Assembly: GCA_051294375.1 (NCBI GenBank)
Contig: CM119267.1
Coordinates: 624,403 to 688,402, forward strand
Direction of reading: 5' to 3'
Length of the DNA: 64,000 nt
Source: Paraspadella gotoi
Lineage: Eukaryota > Animalia > Chaetognatha
Position numbers and translations under genes: made by a program
The notes under the pieces: model-generated
What the model was told of the DNA's origin: nothing
Database searches by the model: none
Seen by the model: only the letters and a program-made list of their open reading frames with translations
In this document: one piece after another, positions 9,651 to 21,100 of the stretch
Layout of the letters: the number at the start of each line of letters is the position of its first letter
Position numbering within the stretch: position 1 is the stretch's first letter

Positions 9651-12600
9651 ATGGCCGACTCGGTCCTCGCCTCACGATCCCTCAACCAAGAGAATGTGGC
9701 CCCACTCGGCGACGCCAAGACCCGCCTCAAAGACTCCGCGGTCGGACGCCGCCCCGCTCTCGGCACAATCACCAATAACGGGACGAGAGTGCAGCCCAAC
9801 CGGGCGGCCAAGGTGATGTCATGGGGCATGGCATGGCTTGGGGTTTTCATATTTTAATGTTAAGTCCGAGATAAATCAATACTAATGTTGTGTCGAATAA
9901 AGTTCCTTACTTATTTTAAGATTAAAAATTAAATTAATAATTAATTTTTTTCTTTTTGCTTCCAGACCAAAACTTCCTTCACCGTGTTCACGGATGGCGA
10001 CGAGAACGCCGCCCCGCCCGCCCGACCGCCGCCGGCCCGCAGCGGCGCCGCCTCCGCCGCCCCTCAACCCCTTCGCTCCTTCCAGATCCACGAGGATAAA
10101 GAGAATGAACCGGCGCGGGCGGCGCCGTCCAAAGGGCTCTCTCTTCGCGCCGCCGACGCCGTTCTCTCCTCCTTCGACGGAAGCGGCGTCTTATGCGGGG
10201 CCAAGGGCGGCGCGGGCGGCGCCAAGGCGGCGAGCGCCATCCCGAGGGTCTTTCAACTCACTGACGATGCGTCGCTGTTTGATAAGGTAAGGGAGTCGAA
10301 GGTGAGGCGAAGGTGAGGCACGGACGAATTTCTTGGCGTCTGATCTCGATTGTAGGCGCCAAGACCAGACACCGTGCGAGAATAAAAATCTGCGGAAATT
10401 AAATTAAATTAAATTCGAATATATTTCGTCTTTTTTCGCGTTTTTTTTCCGCGACAATGGGTCTGTTAATTGATTTATAAGAAAGTCAAGGTGAGTGAGA
10501 ATTGATAAGAGGAAAGAATTGATGGGCGGGGGCCGTTTTCGTTTCATAAAAACGTTTCGATGGTTCACCGTCACGCATTAACCTATTACACATCACTCCA
10601 CTTCCTCCATTAACCCGTAACACTTCACTTCCCTTCCCCCCTCAAGGAATCTCCCATGAAGATCGACTCCTCGCTCCTTCAACTGGAGCGATCACTTCCG
10701 GACATCGATGACCCAGAGTCGAGCGACGATCCCGTTTTCGACTGTCCCGAGTACGCCGCCGACATCTACGAATATCTCGTCCAGGTCAGTTTCTCCTTTC
10801 GACCGACCGACCGACCGAGATTGATCACGAGTTCATCATCAAAACGAGTCATTCCATTACATTGTGGCGTTATATTCACGCCGCTTCACGTTCATCATCG
10901 TTCAGCCAATTCCATTGGCTCAGAGGGGGAACACATCATCCCAGGCGGTGTGTTCCATCCACAGTCCCTAACGACTTCCCTCTGTTGGCAAAGCGAGACT
11001 GTTTTAGGGTAACCGCGCCAGTGACAGGAGGCGTCACTGAGGGTCGGAAGCCCCCAAAGCCAACAGTGAGATGCCCCATCCCAATGGGCATTACTTTTGG
11101 TCAAAATGCCTAAGATTAACTCCCCCCTCCCGCTTTGTCCTTCAGTTCGAATGCAAGACGCGACCCAAACCCAAGTACATGCTCAAGCAGCCGGACATCA
11201 ACATGAACATGCGGGCCATCCTCGTGGACTGGCTCGTCGAAGTCTCGGAGGAATACAAGCTTCATGACGAGACGCTCTTCCTCGCCGTCAACTACATCGA
11301 CAGGTGAGGGGAAAATGTTGGATATTTGGGGAGGGAAAGGAAAGGGTAAGGTGTCGAGATTAAGGAAAGGGTAAGATTTGTCGGTGACGCTAATCGATCG
11401 CTTTCTACTTTTTAATTTGTCAGGTTATATTTCTTAAAAAATTGGTCGAACCAATATAAAAATTATCCATTCATTCAATAAATAACCTTTCTTGTCATTA
11501 GACCTTTGATTTGATTTTCTTTTCCAATTTCTTTAAGTGTTCTATTGTGAGGAAATGATGCCACTTCCTCTTCAACTAGTTTTAATATTGTCAAGAAAAT
11601 TTAAAGGCGAAAAATTGTCTTAGTCAAACATCTGAATTTCTCTTTCCCCATTTTCTTTTCGCGCCATTTCTCGAGTCGTGTTTCGGTCACGTGTTTCTAT
11701 TCGGTCACGTGTCTCCCTTTTGGGTCACGTGATTTTCTGCCTTTTTCTTTGGTTCAAGTTTTGACCTGAGATCCGTCTCTTCCTCTTCCTCCTCATTCGC
11801 CTCCCCCTTCTCCCCCCCTCGCCTTTTGTTTTTCTCTCTTTCTTTCTCTCTCTCTCACTCTGCCAGTTTGAGAGAGAGAGAGAGAAAGAGACGCCAAAGG
11901 AGTAGGAACACATGGCAAACGTTAACCATTGCATTGTTCCTCCCGATGTTTCATTTGCATATTCTTTATTCAATTGACTGATTTAGATTCCTCTGCCTTT
12001 TTCTTTTGGGTCCAAATGCTTGAGACCATTTTGTGGCAGGGACAAAGATTCGTCTCAACTCTTCTCCTCGATCCTTCCTCCCGCTTCCAGATTCCTCTCC
12101 CAGATGTCGGTGCAGCGCGGGAAACTCCAACTCGTGGGAACGGCGGCGATGTTCATCGCTTCAAAGTTCGAAGAGATTTATCCTCCCGAGTTGAGCGAAT
12201 TCGTTTACATCACCGACGACACTTACTCAAAGAAACAAGTCTTGAGGATGGAGCACCTCATCCTCAAAGTAAGGAAGAGATATAACATTACTCCCCCACC
12301 CCACTCTCCTATCTGAGGATTTGCAATTTGAATCCGGATGACTGATCATTTGTTTATTCGTCTCCGAGAAAAGTTTTGAACGGATTTAAAAATCTCGGCC
12401 GCCTCTCGGCTTTCCTCGATATTAATCATTCTCGAAACAAAATGACAAAATTTTTGTTGCAAATGACCGGTTTACATCTTGAGGCTATTTTATTATTTTA
12501 TATGCATTTTCCAGGCCTCTATCGCTCGTCTCGTTGTTGCAGATATCTAGATTTATATATTTATATTTTAATATTATTTATATATATATATTCCTCTTCC

Positions 12601-13106
12601 ACTTTTCTCCGTGAGGTTCTCGACTTCGACATGGCCACGCCCACCCGCGGCGTCTTCCTCCGTCGCTTCAACAAATGGTCAACCGCTGACGAGATAACGG
12701 ATTCTCTTTCCAAGTTTCTCGCCGAACTGACCCTCGTCGACGGAGATCCTTTCCTTCAGTACGGACCTTCCCTCGTCGCCGCTGCCTCCGTCTGCTTGGC
12801 GCGACACACCCTCGGCCACGAAGCCTGGCCCGACACGCTGGCGACCAAAACGGGATTCGCCTTGGACGATTTGGAGGATTGCCTCAAGGACATTCACAAG
12901 TAAAAAGACTAGGGAGAGAAACCCTCTTCTTATATAAATTTAAATTAATAATTGTTAAAATAATAATTATTTCCATTTCGATCGCTCGCAGAGCGTTTTT
13001 GACGGCAGGCACGCATCAGCAGCAAGCAGTACGTGAGAAGTACGCCAACGCCAAGCATCACCAAGTTTCGACGCTGAATCCTCCGACTTCGCTTCCTTTC
13101 TGCTAA
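9651..13106 (+). CDS. CCNA: Cyclin A
   Basis: Exons 9651-9812, 9966-10286, 10647-10784, 11146-11303, 12091-12268, 12616-12899, 12992-13106; frame intact. NQEN motif, D-box [26 protein letters not shown], cyclin box [46 protein letters not shown]. Confidence 0.97.
10318..10459 (+). ncRNA. SNORA15: Box H/ACA snoRNA, SNORA15/ACA15-like paralog, in cyclin A intron 2
   Basis: GCACGG ACGAATTT CTTGGCGTCT...AGGCGCCAAG ACCAGACA CCGTGC; H box AGAATA; second hairpin GCGGAAA/TTTCCGC; ACA at 10454-10456 plus 3 nt. Same pocket as the 3371 copy, with compensatory changes in the inner stem. Confidence 0.8.
11656..11731. promoter_or_regulatory. Intronic cluster: E2F-like site plus three GGTCACGTG E-boxes
   Basis: TTTTCGCGCC 11656-11665; GGTCACGTG at 11685, 11703, 11723. 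Confidence 0.5.
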
Positions 13107-14848
13107 TTTTATAATCATATCTCCCTACTTTTTCGCCCCCATCCCCCACCCCTTTCCCAATTTCCCTTTAAATTGTTCCTTCTAACAGTTTTTTTTAGAT
13201 GAGCTGTGGCTAATTTCCTCCCCTGATCCGTCTCACCCTTAGGCTTAGACTTAATTCTTCATTTAATTCACCAAAGTTGGGCCTTCGACCCGAACCGTGG
13301 TAATTTTGCGTTGCGCCCATCTCTCGCCTTTCGCTTCGACCTTGATTTCATTTTGATATTTTTTATTGCCGATGCCTTTTTTAATTTTCCATGTTTTGTT
13401 GAATGTTTTTAATGTTGTTTTTTTTAATTAAGACTGTCGTCGTTTTTACGGTCGCCGCGTTTGGAGTTCGCGAGAAAATTAATGTTTTCTTGCCTCGCGC
13501 GAAGGACCGCGAAAGCGATTCACTTACAAATTATTTTTCATCGTCGCTTATTTAATTTTTTTATTTTAATTAGCGGAAACGAAAAAATTGCGATTGTTTT
13601 TGGATTTTTTTTTATTAATTATGAAGTTTTGCATTGTTGTAAATGCAGGTGAAGGTAGCGTGTTGTAGCTCGCGCGTGATCGTAGTCAATTCCAAACGCT
13701 CTCCGTCTCTCTCGTTTTCCAGCTTTATTATTTTTTGTTACGCAGTTAGTATAAAGTTATAAACTGTACAAAAAAATTTGTTTTGAATAATACGTTTTTT
13801 AATTTAAAAAATATTAAAATAAAAAATTTGTGTATACAATCGCTTTTTGCTTTTCAAATTAAAGACGAGTCAGTTTTTGTTACAATTGTATTGCGTGATC
13901 GAAAATGGGTCACGGAAAATGGGTCACTCGCAGATCGATGGTTGTGACGGCACCGCTGAGGAAATCTTACTTCGCCAATTATTAATTTTATTCCTTGAGA
14001 TTTTAAGGCAAACTTGTTATCAGTATTAAAGTTTAAACTTCATTGAAAGTTATCGTTAGTTAAGCAATTTGACAGTTTTATTGAATTCAAAAGGCTGTAA
14101 GCCACCTATTTATTCCTAAAGTTGTTCAGAAAACTTAGGAGAAGAGCTCCGTTAGTAATTGTAATGTTTTGCTAAGCAACAAGCTGCTGTCAAATCAAGT
14201 TTAGAATTTGTAGGGCCGAAGTAAAGATCGAAGAATCTGTCTGCTAATTCATTTTTTTTATTAAAATTCGTGACGAATTATGGTGAGCTGACGTTGTATT
14301 AGTAAAACAAATATTTGATAAAGGAAAGTACACTGTCTCCATTAGATTAGAGACTCCACAAGCCCATTTTACGCTAAGGATTTGAGCACTTCACAGCAAC
14401 AGTCCTTATAACCAATGATTGAAAATCATTAATCGCTTGTCTACAGGGGTCTCTGGTTAATCTCTGATTGCTCAAAATTATTTGCCCCACCGTAGAAGCG
14501 GATAACAGTTAATCATCAAATACGAACCTAAAGCCCATTTATGATCTTTAGGTCATAGATTCTGACTCTTTTTCTTCGGTTCGTACGATAAACAGAATCT
14601 GTTAAGCTTTAATCAGTCGAGAAACTCAAGATGTTCAGTTTGGAATCATTTCTTAGAGGCTCACAGTCCGAAAGGCGGCGAATCTTTCTCTCTCTTACTC
14701 TTTCTCGTAAGCAGAGAGTCGTCCTGGTTATTCCTGGGTTCAACACGGAACAAGTGAATCCGCTTTTGGTTCTAATTTTTCTTCACAACAGGAATGCTCA
14801 ATAAGTGAATAGATTTATTCGGACCCAAAACAACAACAAACGGCTAAA

Positions 14849-15108
14849 TTTTACTTTCGCCGACCGCGGTTTTTGAAAAACTATTTAAAAATACTTATTT
14901 AAAAAAAAAAATAGTATAATTTTGTATAAATTTCAAAATTATTGTCAAACTTAAAAACGCTGATGAAGACTTGAAGATATGTCGAAACATGTCCGTTTTA
15001 TAAAAATAAAACAAATCGTTGTTAAAAAAAAATATCTAATTCCCTAAACCACCCCTAAACCACCTTTAACCCTAACCCCCTCCCTAACCCCGGTCGGCGA
15101 AAGTAAAA
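14849..15108. mobile_element. MITE-like element with 18-bp terminal inverted repeats and internal CCTAAACC/CCTAACC repeats
   Basis: TTTTACTTTCGCCGACCG (14849-14866) is the exact reverse complement of CGGTCGGCGAAAGTAAAA (15091-15108). Confidence 0.7.
14954..14999 (+). ncRNA. Minimal type I hammerhead ribozyme, Penelope-like (pLTR) type
   Basis: Helix I AAAACG/CGTTTT; core CTGATGA(A) 14960-14967; helix II GAC/GTC; GAAAC; palindromic ACATGT helix III; GTC cleavage triplet ending at 14993; AATAAA just downstream. Confidence 0.75.
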
Positions 15109-15326
15109 GTAACCCCAACAGACAATCAAGATTTTTGAAAAGTTCGCCAAAGATAAAAAAAAAATTGTACTTTGGTCAATTATTTTTGTCAATTTAAAAA
15201 GAATTCGGTTCGCTAAGAACGAGATCCATCAATTTTATAAACTTACGAGTTACTCAAACTTAATAATAAACAAATATAAACAATACTCACCCCATCAAGA
15301 CCCCACCCTTCGCCCCTCCATCAAGG

Positions 15327-18143
15327 ATGTCCTCCGCTCAACTGCCAGTTCCGCCAGAATTTTCCTTCACTCTTCCATCCAAGACCCACGCCAGGGGTCT
15401 CTTCTGGCCGCCTTTCCTCGAGGACTGGGACGAACGACTGGAGGCTCTCGCGGGATTCGAACCCCGGACGGACGACACCGTCGTCCTCTCTTATCCAAAA
15501 TGCGGACATCACTGGAGCCACGAGTTTTTGGACATGATGTTGACGGGGAGGTTGGACTTGCCCAAAGGTTGGTTGCTGGAGAAAGAAGGTGAGAGGATTT
15601 TTTGTCGCCCCCCCCTCAAAAAAAAAGCCTGTATTTATTCTATCATGTTGTTCTTCCCCACCAACAAAGTGAGCATCTGCTCTGCAAACGCGACATCTCC
15701 CGAGAGAAAAACGAAAGAGGAAACCTCCTCTTCCCCGCCTTCTCTTCCCCCTCCCGTACGCTACCTCAGTACGCCGACACGAGACAGAATCACTTCTTCT
15801 GTTCGCGCTTTTGCGCTCACAGTCTCCCGGCTTTTTACGAAAATATTTTTTTGATTATTTTTTGTTGAATAATTTTGCATATTTTTCGTTCCTTTTTTTT
15901 TGAGTTAAGAATACAGATATTACTTTCGAAACTGGGCTGTTGGAAAGTTTGGTTCTCTTGCAACTGGCACATGGCCATCGTTGGTTTTCGGTTTCTTCGT
16001 TGTTGCGTGGGCTTCGGAGGGAGAGAGCCTTGCATCGGCCCCTTTCAGCTGCCGCGGTCGAACGCACCCTGGCCGCGGATGCTGCGGGATGGTGAAGGAG
16101 CGCGACTGTCGCGTCCGCTTCTCCGTTTGCCCTCGGCGCTTAGTACGGCTGGCAGGGGGAAGACGCTGTGTTCGCGCTTCGTTGTTTGATCCAGGGTGCT
16201 GTGCAGTGCCGCCGTTTTTTGGACTGAGGCGCGTGTTTTCAACTCGACTACCCTCATGTCTCTTCCGCCGCCGCCTTCGCCGCCGCCTCCACCGCCTCCA
16301 CCATCAGCCATTCCGGGCTTTTCTGGTCAGGCCGAAGTCATGCCCCTTCAGATGGAGGCAGTTCTCCAAATTAGCAACGCTCTTTCTAGCGTTCGTCGCG
16401 AATTTAGGGAGTTTCGCCGCTCGTCTCGTTCGAATTGGAGAGTCTTCGGCGGTGAGTTCTTCTTTCTTTTCGTTTTTGTTTTTTCGCCTTTTTTTGGCGT
16501 ACATTCGGCGTACAGAGGGGTTTTCCTCCTGTGCCCCACCTAACTCGACTTTGTTTGTTTGTTTTTTGTCGGGCCTTCGCCTGGTCTTGTTACAGGCTCA
16601 CTTTGTTGGTGGGGAAGAACAACATGATAGAATTTATGGTTCCAAATGGAACCGGGATTCTTCATGGTTCTTCCCCACCAACAACCACCCACCGTCCACC
16701 CCTGGCACCACCGGTGGTGGAGGGCGGCTCAGGCTCGCTTGTCTTGTTTGGTGGGGTGTTTTTGGGGTTCTTTTTTTTGGAGACTGTCATTTTTCAATGA
16801 TTTCTCTTTTTTCCATGTACGTTTTCTTCATGGTTCTTGGACGCCTCTGTTCGCCATTTGCCGATCTTCTCGTCGGTCTTTCGTTGTACGCCAGCGACTT
16901 GGAGTCTTCGCGTTCTTTGGCGCCTCTTCGGCGGCGGATCGGCCTTCAGCTCCAAGCGGGTGACTGCGTCACGCCTTCCTCGTCGAGCCCCATCTGCGCA
17001 AGTCGACGACGACGCCTCCGTTTCGGATCGAGGAGGGTTCCTCCTCTGAAGAGTCTGCTGCGGGGTTGGACAACTTCTTGTCTCGTCGTGCTTCTGCTTA
17101 CAGCCTTCGGAGTGGGTCCTACAGCAGTGGAGGGTTTTGCGCAGAGTTGGCCAGGACGACGTTCTTTTACCGTCGTGGGACGTACTTCTCCGCCTATACG
17201 CGTTTCCGGCGCTGGTCGGATGTCTCTTCGCCGGCGCGATTTTCGTCTCCGCTCCTCAAGAGAGTTGCCTTGCCGCTCAGTTCGAGCGCCGTTCGGAAGG
17301 ACTCCAAGACGACGCGCGCTTTTCATGAGGGACGCCGCGGCGGAGCGTCCGCTCATGCTGTCCTTTCTGTCGCTGACGCTCTCCGCCTCATGGTTGAGGC
17401 CCTTCGCTCGGAGGGGCCCGGTGCAGTGGACGCAGGCCACCTTGACGATCTTGCCAAGCCCCTTAGAGACGCCTCGTCGGGTTGGCGGCGATTTTTGGTT
17501 CGGCCCTCTCCGAGTCTCGGCGCTTAGTTGTCGACGCTGGCCCCTTCGGATTTCAAGACGACAGTTCTGTCCAGTTCTCGCGCCCTCCACGTCGTTCTTT
17601 TTCGGAGACCGCTCCACAGACGTCACTCAAGCGTTCCATTCTTCGCTTCTCCACTCCGGGGCGCCTCACTATTGCGCCTGTTCTGTTAGCCGCAAGCATG
17701 GGCGTGCAGTCCGCGTAATCCCGCTCGCCGTCCTACTGGCCTCGCAAGTTTTCGCCGCTCCCAAGCGTAGGGGCGGGACTCCAGGGACGTCAAGGACGCC
17801 AACTGATCGCCCGACAGCTCTTTCGGCCGTTGCTTCGTCCGGCCGTCAGTTTCTCCAGACCCGGTTTTCGTCCATGGACTGGTTCTTTTTGCGGTTTCTC
17901 ATCCCCCCTTCTACGACGTCCGGTCAAGTGGGCGTGGCACATCACCGGAAGTCTTCGCTTGGTTACGAGTGTTCTGTCTCGTGTCGGCGTACTGAGGTAG
18001 CGTACGGAGGGGGAAGAGAAGCGGGGAAGAGGAGGTTTCCTCTTTCGTTTTTCTCTCGGGAGATGTCGCGTTTGCAGAGCAGATGCTCACTTTGTTGGTG
18101 GGGAAGAACCATGAAGAATCCCGGTTCCCATTCTGGAACATTA

Positions 18144-18179
<36 letters not shown>

Positions 18180-21100
18180 TATATCCGAATTCCGTTTCTC
18201 TCCAGCGACTAAAATGAACAATTTCTTGGAGAAAAGTTTGGGTTCTGCTATCGATTCACTTCCTTCGCCAAGAATTATTTTAACTCATCTTCCTTACGAG
18301 TTCCTCCCGCCAAAGTTGCTTAGCAACGGAATCAAAATAATTCACGTGAACAGAAATCCAAAGGACGTCGTTGTCTCATTTCACAATCACATGCTGTGAG
18401 TGGGTGAAAGAGAGCGAGAGAGAGAGAGAGATTCTTATACGTTTGTCGCCTCTAGTGGAAGAATGCTCGCCTATTTGTAAGAATTAAATTATCTTAGAAG
18501 AGAAAGTAATTACTATTTAACTTAGCATAATATTAATATCGGAATCGCTAACCCAATAAGTAATGACAGAGAGAATGGGACTTTCCCTAACAAAGCCGAT
18601 GAAAAGATTTAAGCCTGAGAGTATAAACTCACTCAGCCACTGATACCTAAAGCTAAAGGTAAAAAGGTAACTGATTAAGTAATATTTATTATTAGTAAAT
18701 GTACCACAGTCTCTAATCAATTGTTACAATGATCGAACTTGACATCAAAACAAAAGATAATTAAATTATGATCCCTCGAAACCGACATTTCTTACCGACA
18801 ACCTCTTTCTGTTCGATCTTTGCCGACAATTCTTTTTCATGCTCCATTTCTTGCTCCTTTTCATGCAGCACCCTTTCTGACTACGGCGACTACTCGGCTT
18901 CGTTCGATGACTTTTTCGAAGTCTTTATGTCCGGGTTCGTCGAGTACGGGTCATTTTTCGAGTTTGAGAGACGCTACGCGACCGAACTGGCGAACAACCC
19001 TAACGCCATCTCTACGTCCTTCGAGAAGCTCAAGGTTGTTTGATCGAAATTATACGTACAAAGCCAAATTTTTCTAACAAGAATCTTTAAATTATCAATG
19101 AATCATCCAGACTACTAAATAATATAAATGAAACCCGGAAATAAGCCACATATAAAAAAAAACAAAAAACCATTCCACTTTAATTAATTTAATATAAAGT
19201 TCTATATGGGAAGTTTTAAACATTCAATTGATGTCACATTGTTTACATTTTTTCAATTTACTGAACCACTCCATCTAGGATTGTTTTTTTTTTACTATTT
19301 AAATAAATGGCACTAAGTTGAGTCAATATGATGCAAGTCTAACAAATGACCCAGATTGACCAAGTTGGCGAGATGCGACGTTTGGCGCAATTTCTGGGCC
19401 TCAAAGTCGACGACGAATTTTTGACTCAATTTGGAGAAAAGCGAAATTCGTTCGGTGAAGAAGAAGAGAGATGAACACGAAGGAGGATAAAGTAAGGGGA
19501 GGTTGGGGAGGAGGTGTGGGGGGAAGGTGGGGGGGGGGAGGGGAGAAGGGGGGGAGGAGAGGGATGGGAGGGGGAGGAGCAGGGGGAGCTGGTGGGAAGA
19601 TATATAAAGAAAGGAGGGGAAGGAAGGAATGAATGAGGAAATGAGAAAAAAAATAGAACGAGGAAGAGAAAAAAAAAATAAGAAATAAGTGAAGAAAATA
19701 GAAGAAGAGGAGAGGGAAGTTGAAGAACTGAAGGGAATAGGAAGGGAAGGAAGGAGGGAAGAAGGAAGGAAGAAGGAAGGGAAGGAAGGCGAAAGAAGGA
19801 AGGGAAGAGAGGAAGGAAGGGAGAAGGAAGGAAGAGGAAAAAGGGAAGAAGGGAAGGAAGGGAAGGAAGGGAAGAAGGAAGGGAAGGAGAAGGGAAGGAA
19901 GGAAGGGAAGGAAGGAAGGGAAAGGGAGGGAAGAAAGGAAGGAAGGGGAGAAAGGGAGCAAGAGGGATAGGAAGGAAGGAAGGGAAGGAAGGAAGGAAGG
20001 AAGGGAAGGAAGTAAAAGGGAAGGAAGGAAAGGAGAAGGAGAGAAGGGAAGGGAAAGGAAGGAAGGGAAGGAGGAAGGGAAGAAGGAAGAAAGGAAGAAG
20101 GAAGGGAAGGAAGGAAAAGGAGGAAAGGACAGAAGGGAAGGAAAACAGGAAGAAGGGAAGGAAGGAAGAAAGGGTAAAAGAAGGAAAGGGAAGGAAAAGG
20201 AAGGAAGGAAGAGAAGGGAAGGAACGGGAAAGGAAGTGGAAGAAGGAGGAAAAAAGAAGGATGAAGGAGGAAGGGAAGAGCGAGAAGGAGAAGGAAGGAA
20301 GAAAAAGGAAAGGAGGAAAGGCAGGGGAAGGGGAAAAGGAGAAGGAAGGAAAGGAAAAAGGGAAGGAAGGGAAGGAAAGGAACGTGAGGAAGAGTAAGAG
20401 AAGGGGAAGGATAAATATGCAAGGACAGACGTAGGTAAAAGGGATGAAGCGAAAAGGGAAAGGAAGGGAAGGAAGGGAAGAAGGAAGGGAAGAAGGAAGG
20501 AAGGGAAGGTAAGGGAGGAGGAAGGGAGGAGGGGAAAGGAAGAGAAGAGTGAAGGAAAGGGAAGGAAGGGGTTAAAACGGAACGGAAGGGAAGGAAGTGT
20601 AAGGGAGAACGGGAAGCGAGCGAGTAGAAGGAATGGGAAGGAAGGAAGGGAAAGGAAGGAAGGAGGGGAAGGATAGGGAAGGAAGGGGAGGGAAGGGAAG
20701 GGAAGGAAGGGGAAGGAAGGAAGGAAGGAAGGAAGGGAAGGAGGGAAGGAAGGGGAAGGAAGAAGGTACTAGTAATGAGAGAAAAGGATGAAAAGAGAAA
20801 AGAAAAAAGAATAAGTAGACCAAATCCTTTTCAACTCTCTTCCTCCCTCTCTCTCTCTCCCTCGTCAGCCTCTCTAACAAAAGGACTCTTTTTACCGAAA
20901 TGGTCGCTCCCTCTACCGTCNNNNNNNNNNNNNNNNNNNNNNNNNGAAAAAAGAAATAAGGAAATAAGTGAAGAAAATAGGAAGGAAAGAAAGGAAGTGA
21001 AGGAATGGAAGGAAAGAAAGGAAGGGAAGGAAGGAGGGAAGAACGGGAAGAAAGCGGAAGGAAGGGAAAAAGGAAGGGAAGGAGGGAAGGAAGGGAAGGA

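Noticed and set aside
11040-11100. RNase MRP/P, HDV ribozyme or Sm-site snRNA in cyclin A intron 3
   Set aside because: CR-I/CR-V-like words are too close together, the HDV P1/P1.1 pairing fails, and no snRNA sequence is recognisable
15040-15092. Telomeric repeat or telomerase template (CCCTAA-like)
   Set aside because: A few degenerate units internal to the MITE-like element
15981-18212. 743-aa ORF as a real protein
   Set aside because: It runs through the DIRS ICR, the right ITR and a CT microsatellite; the A-poor strand suppresses stop codons; gag-like patches are spread over other frames
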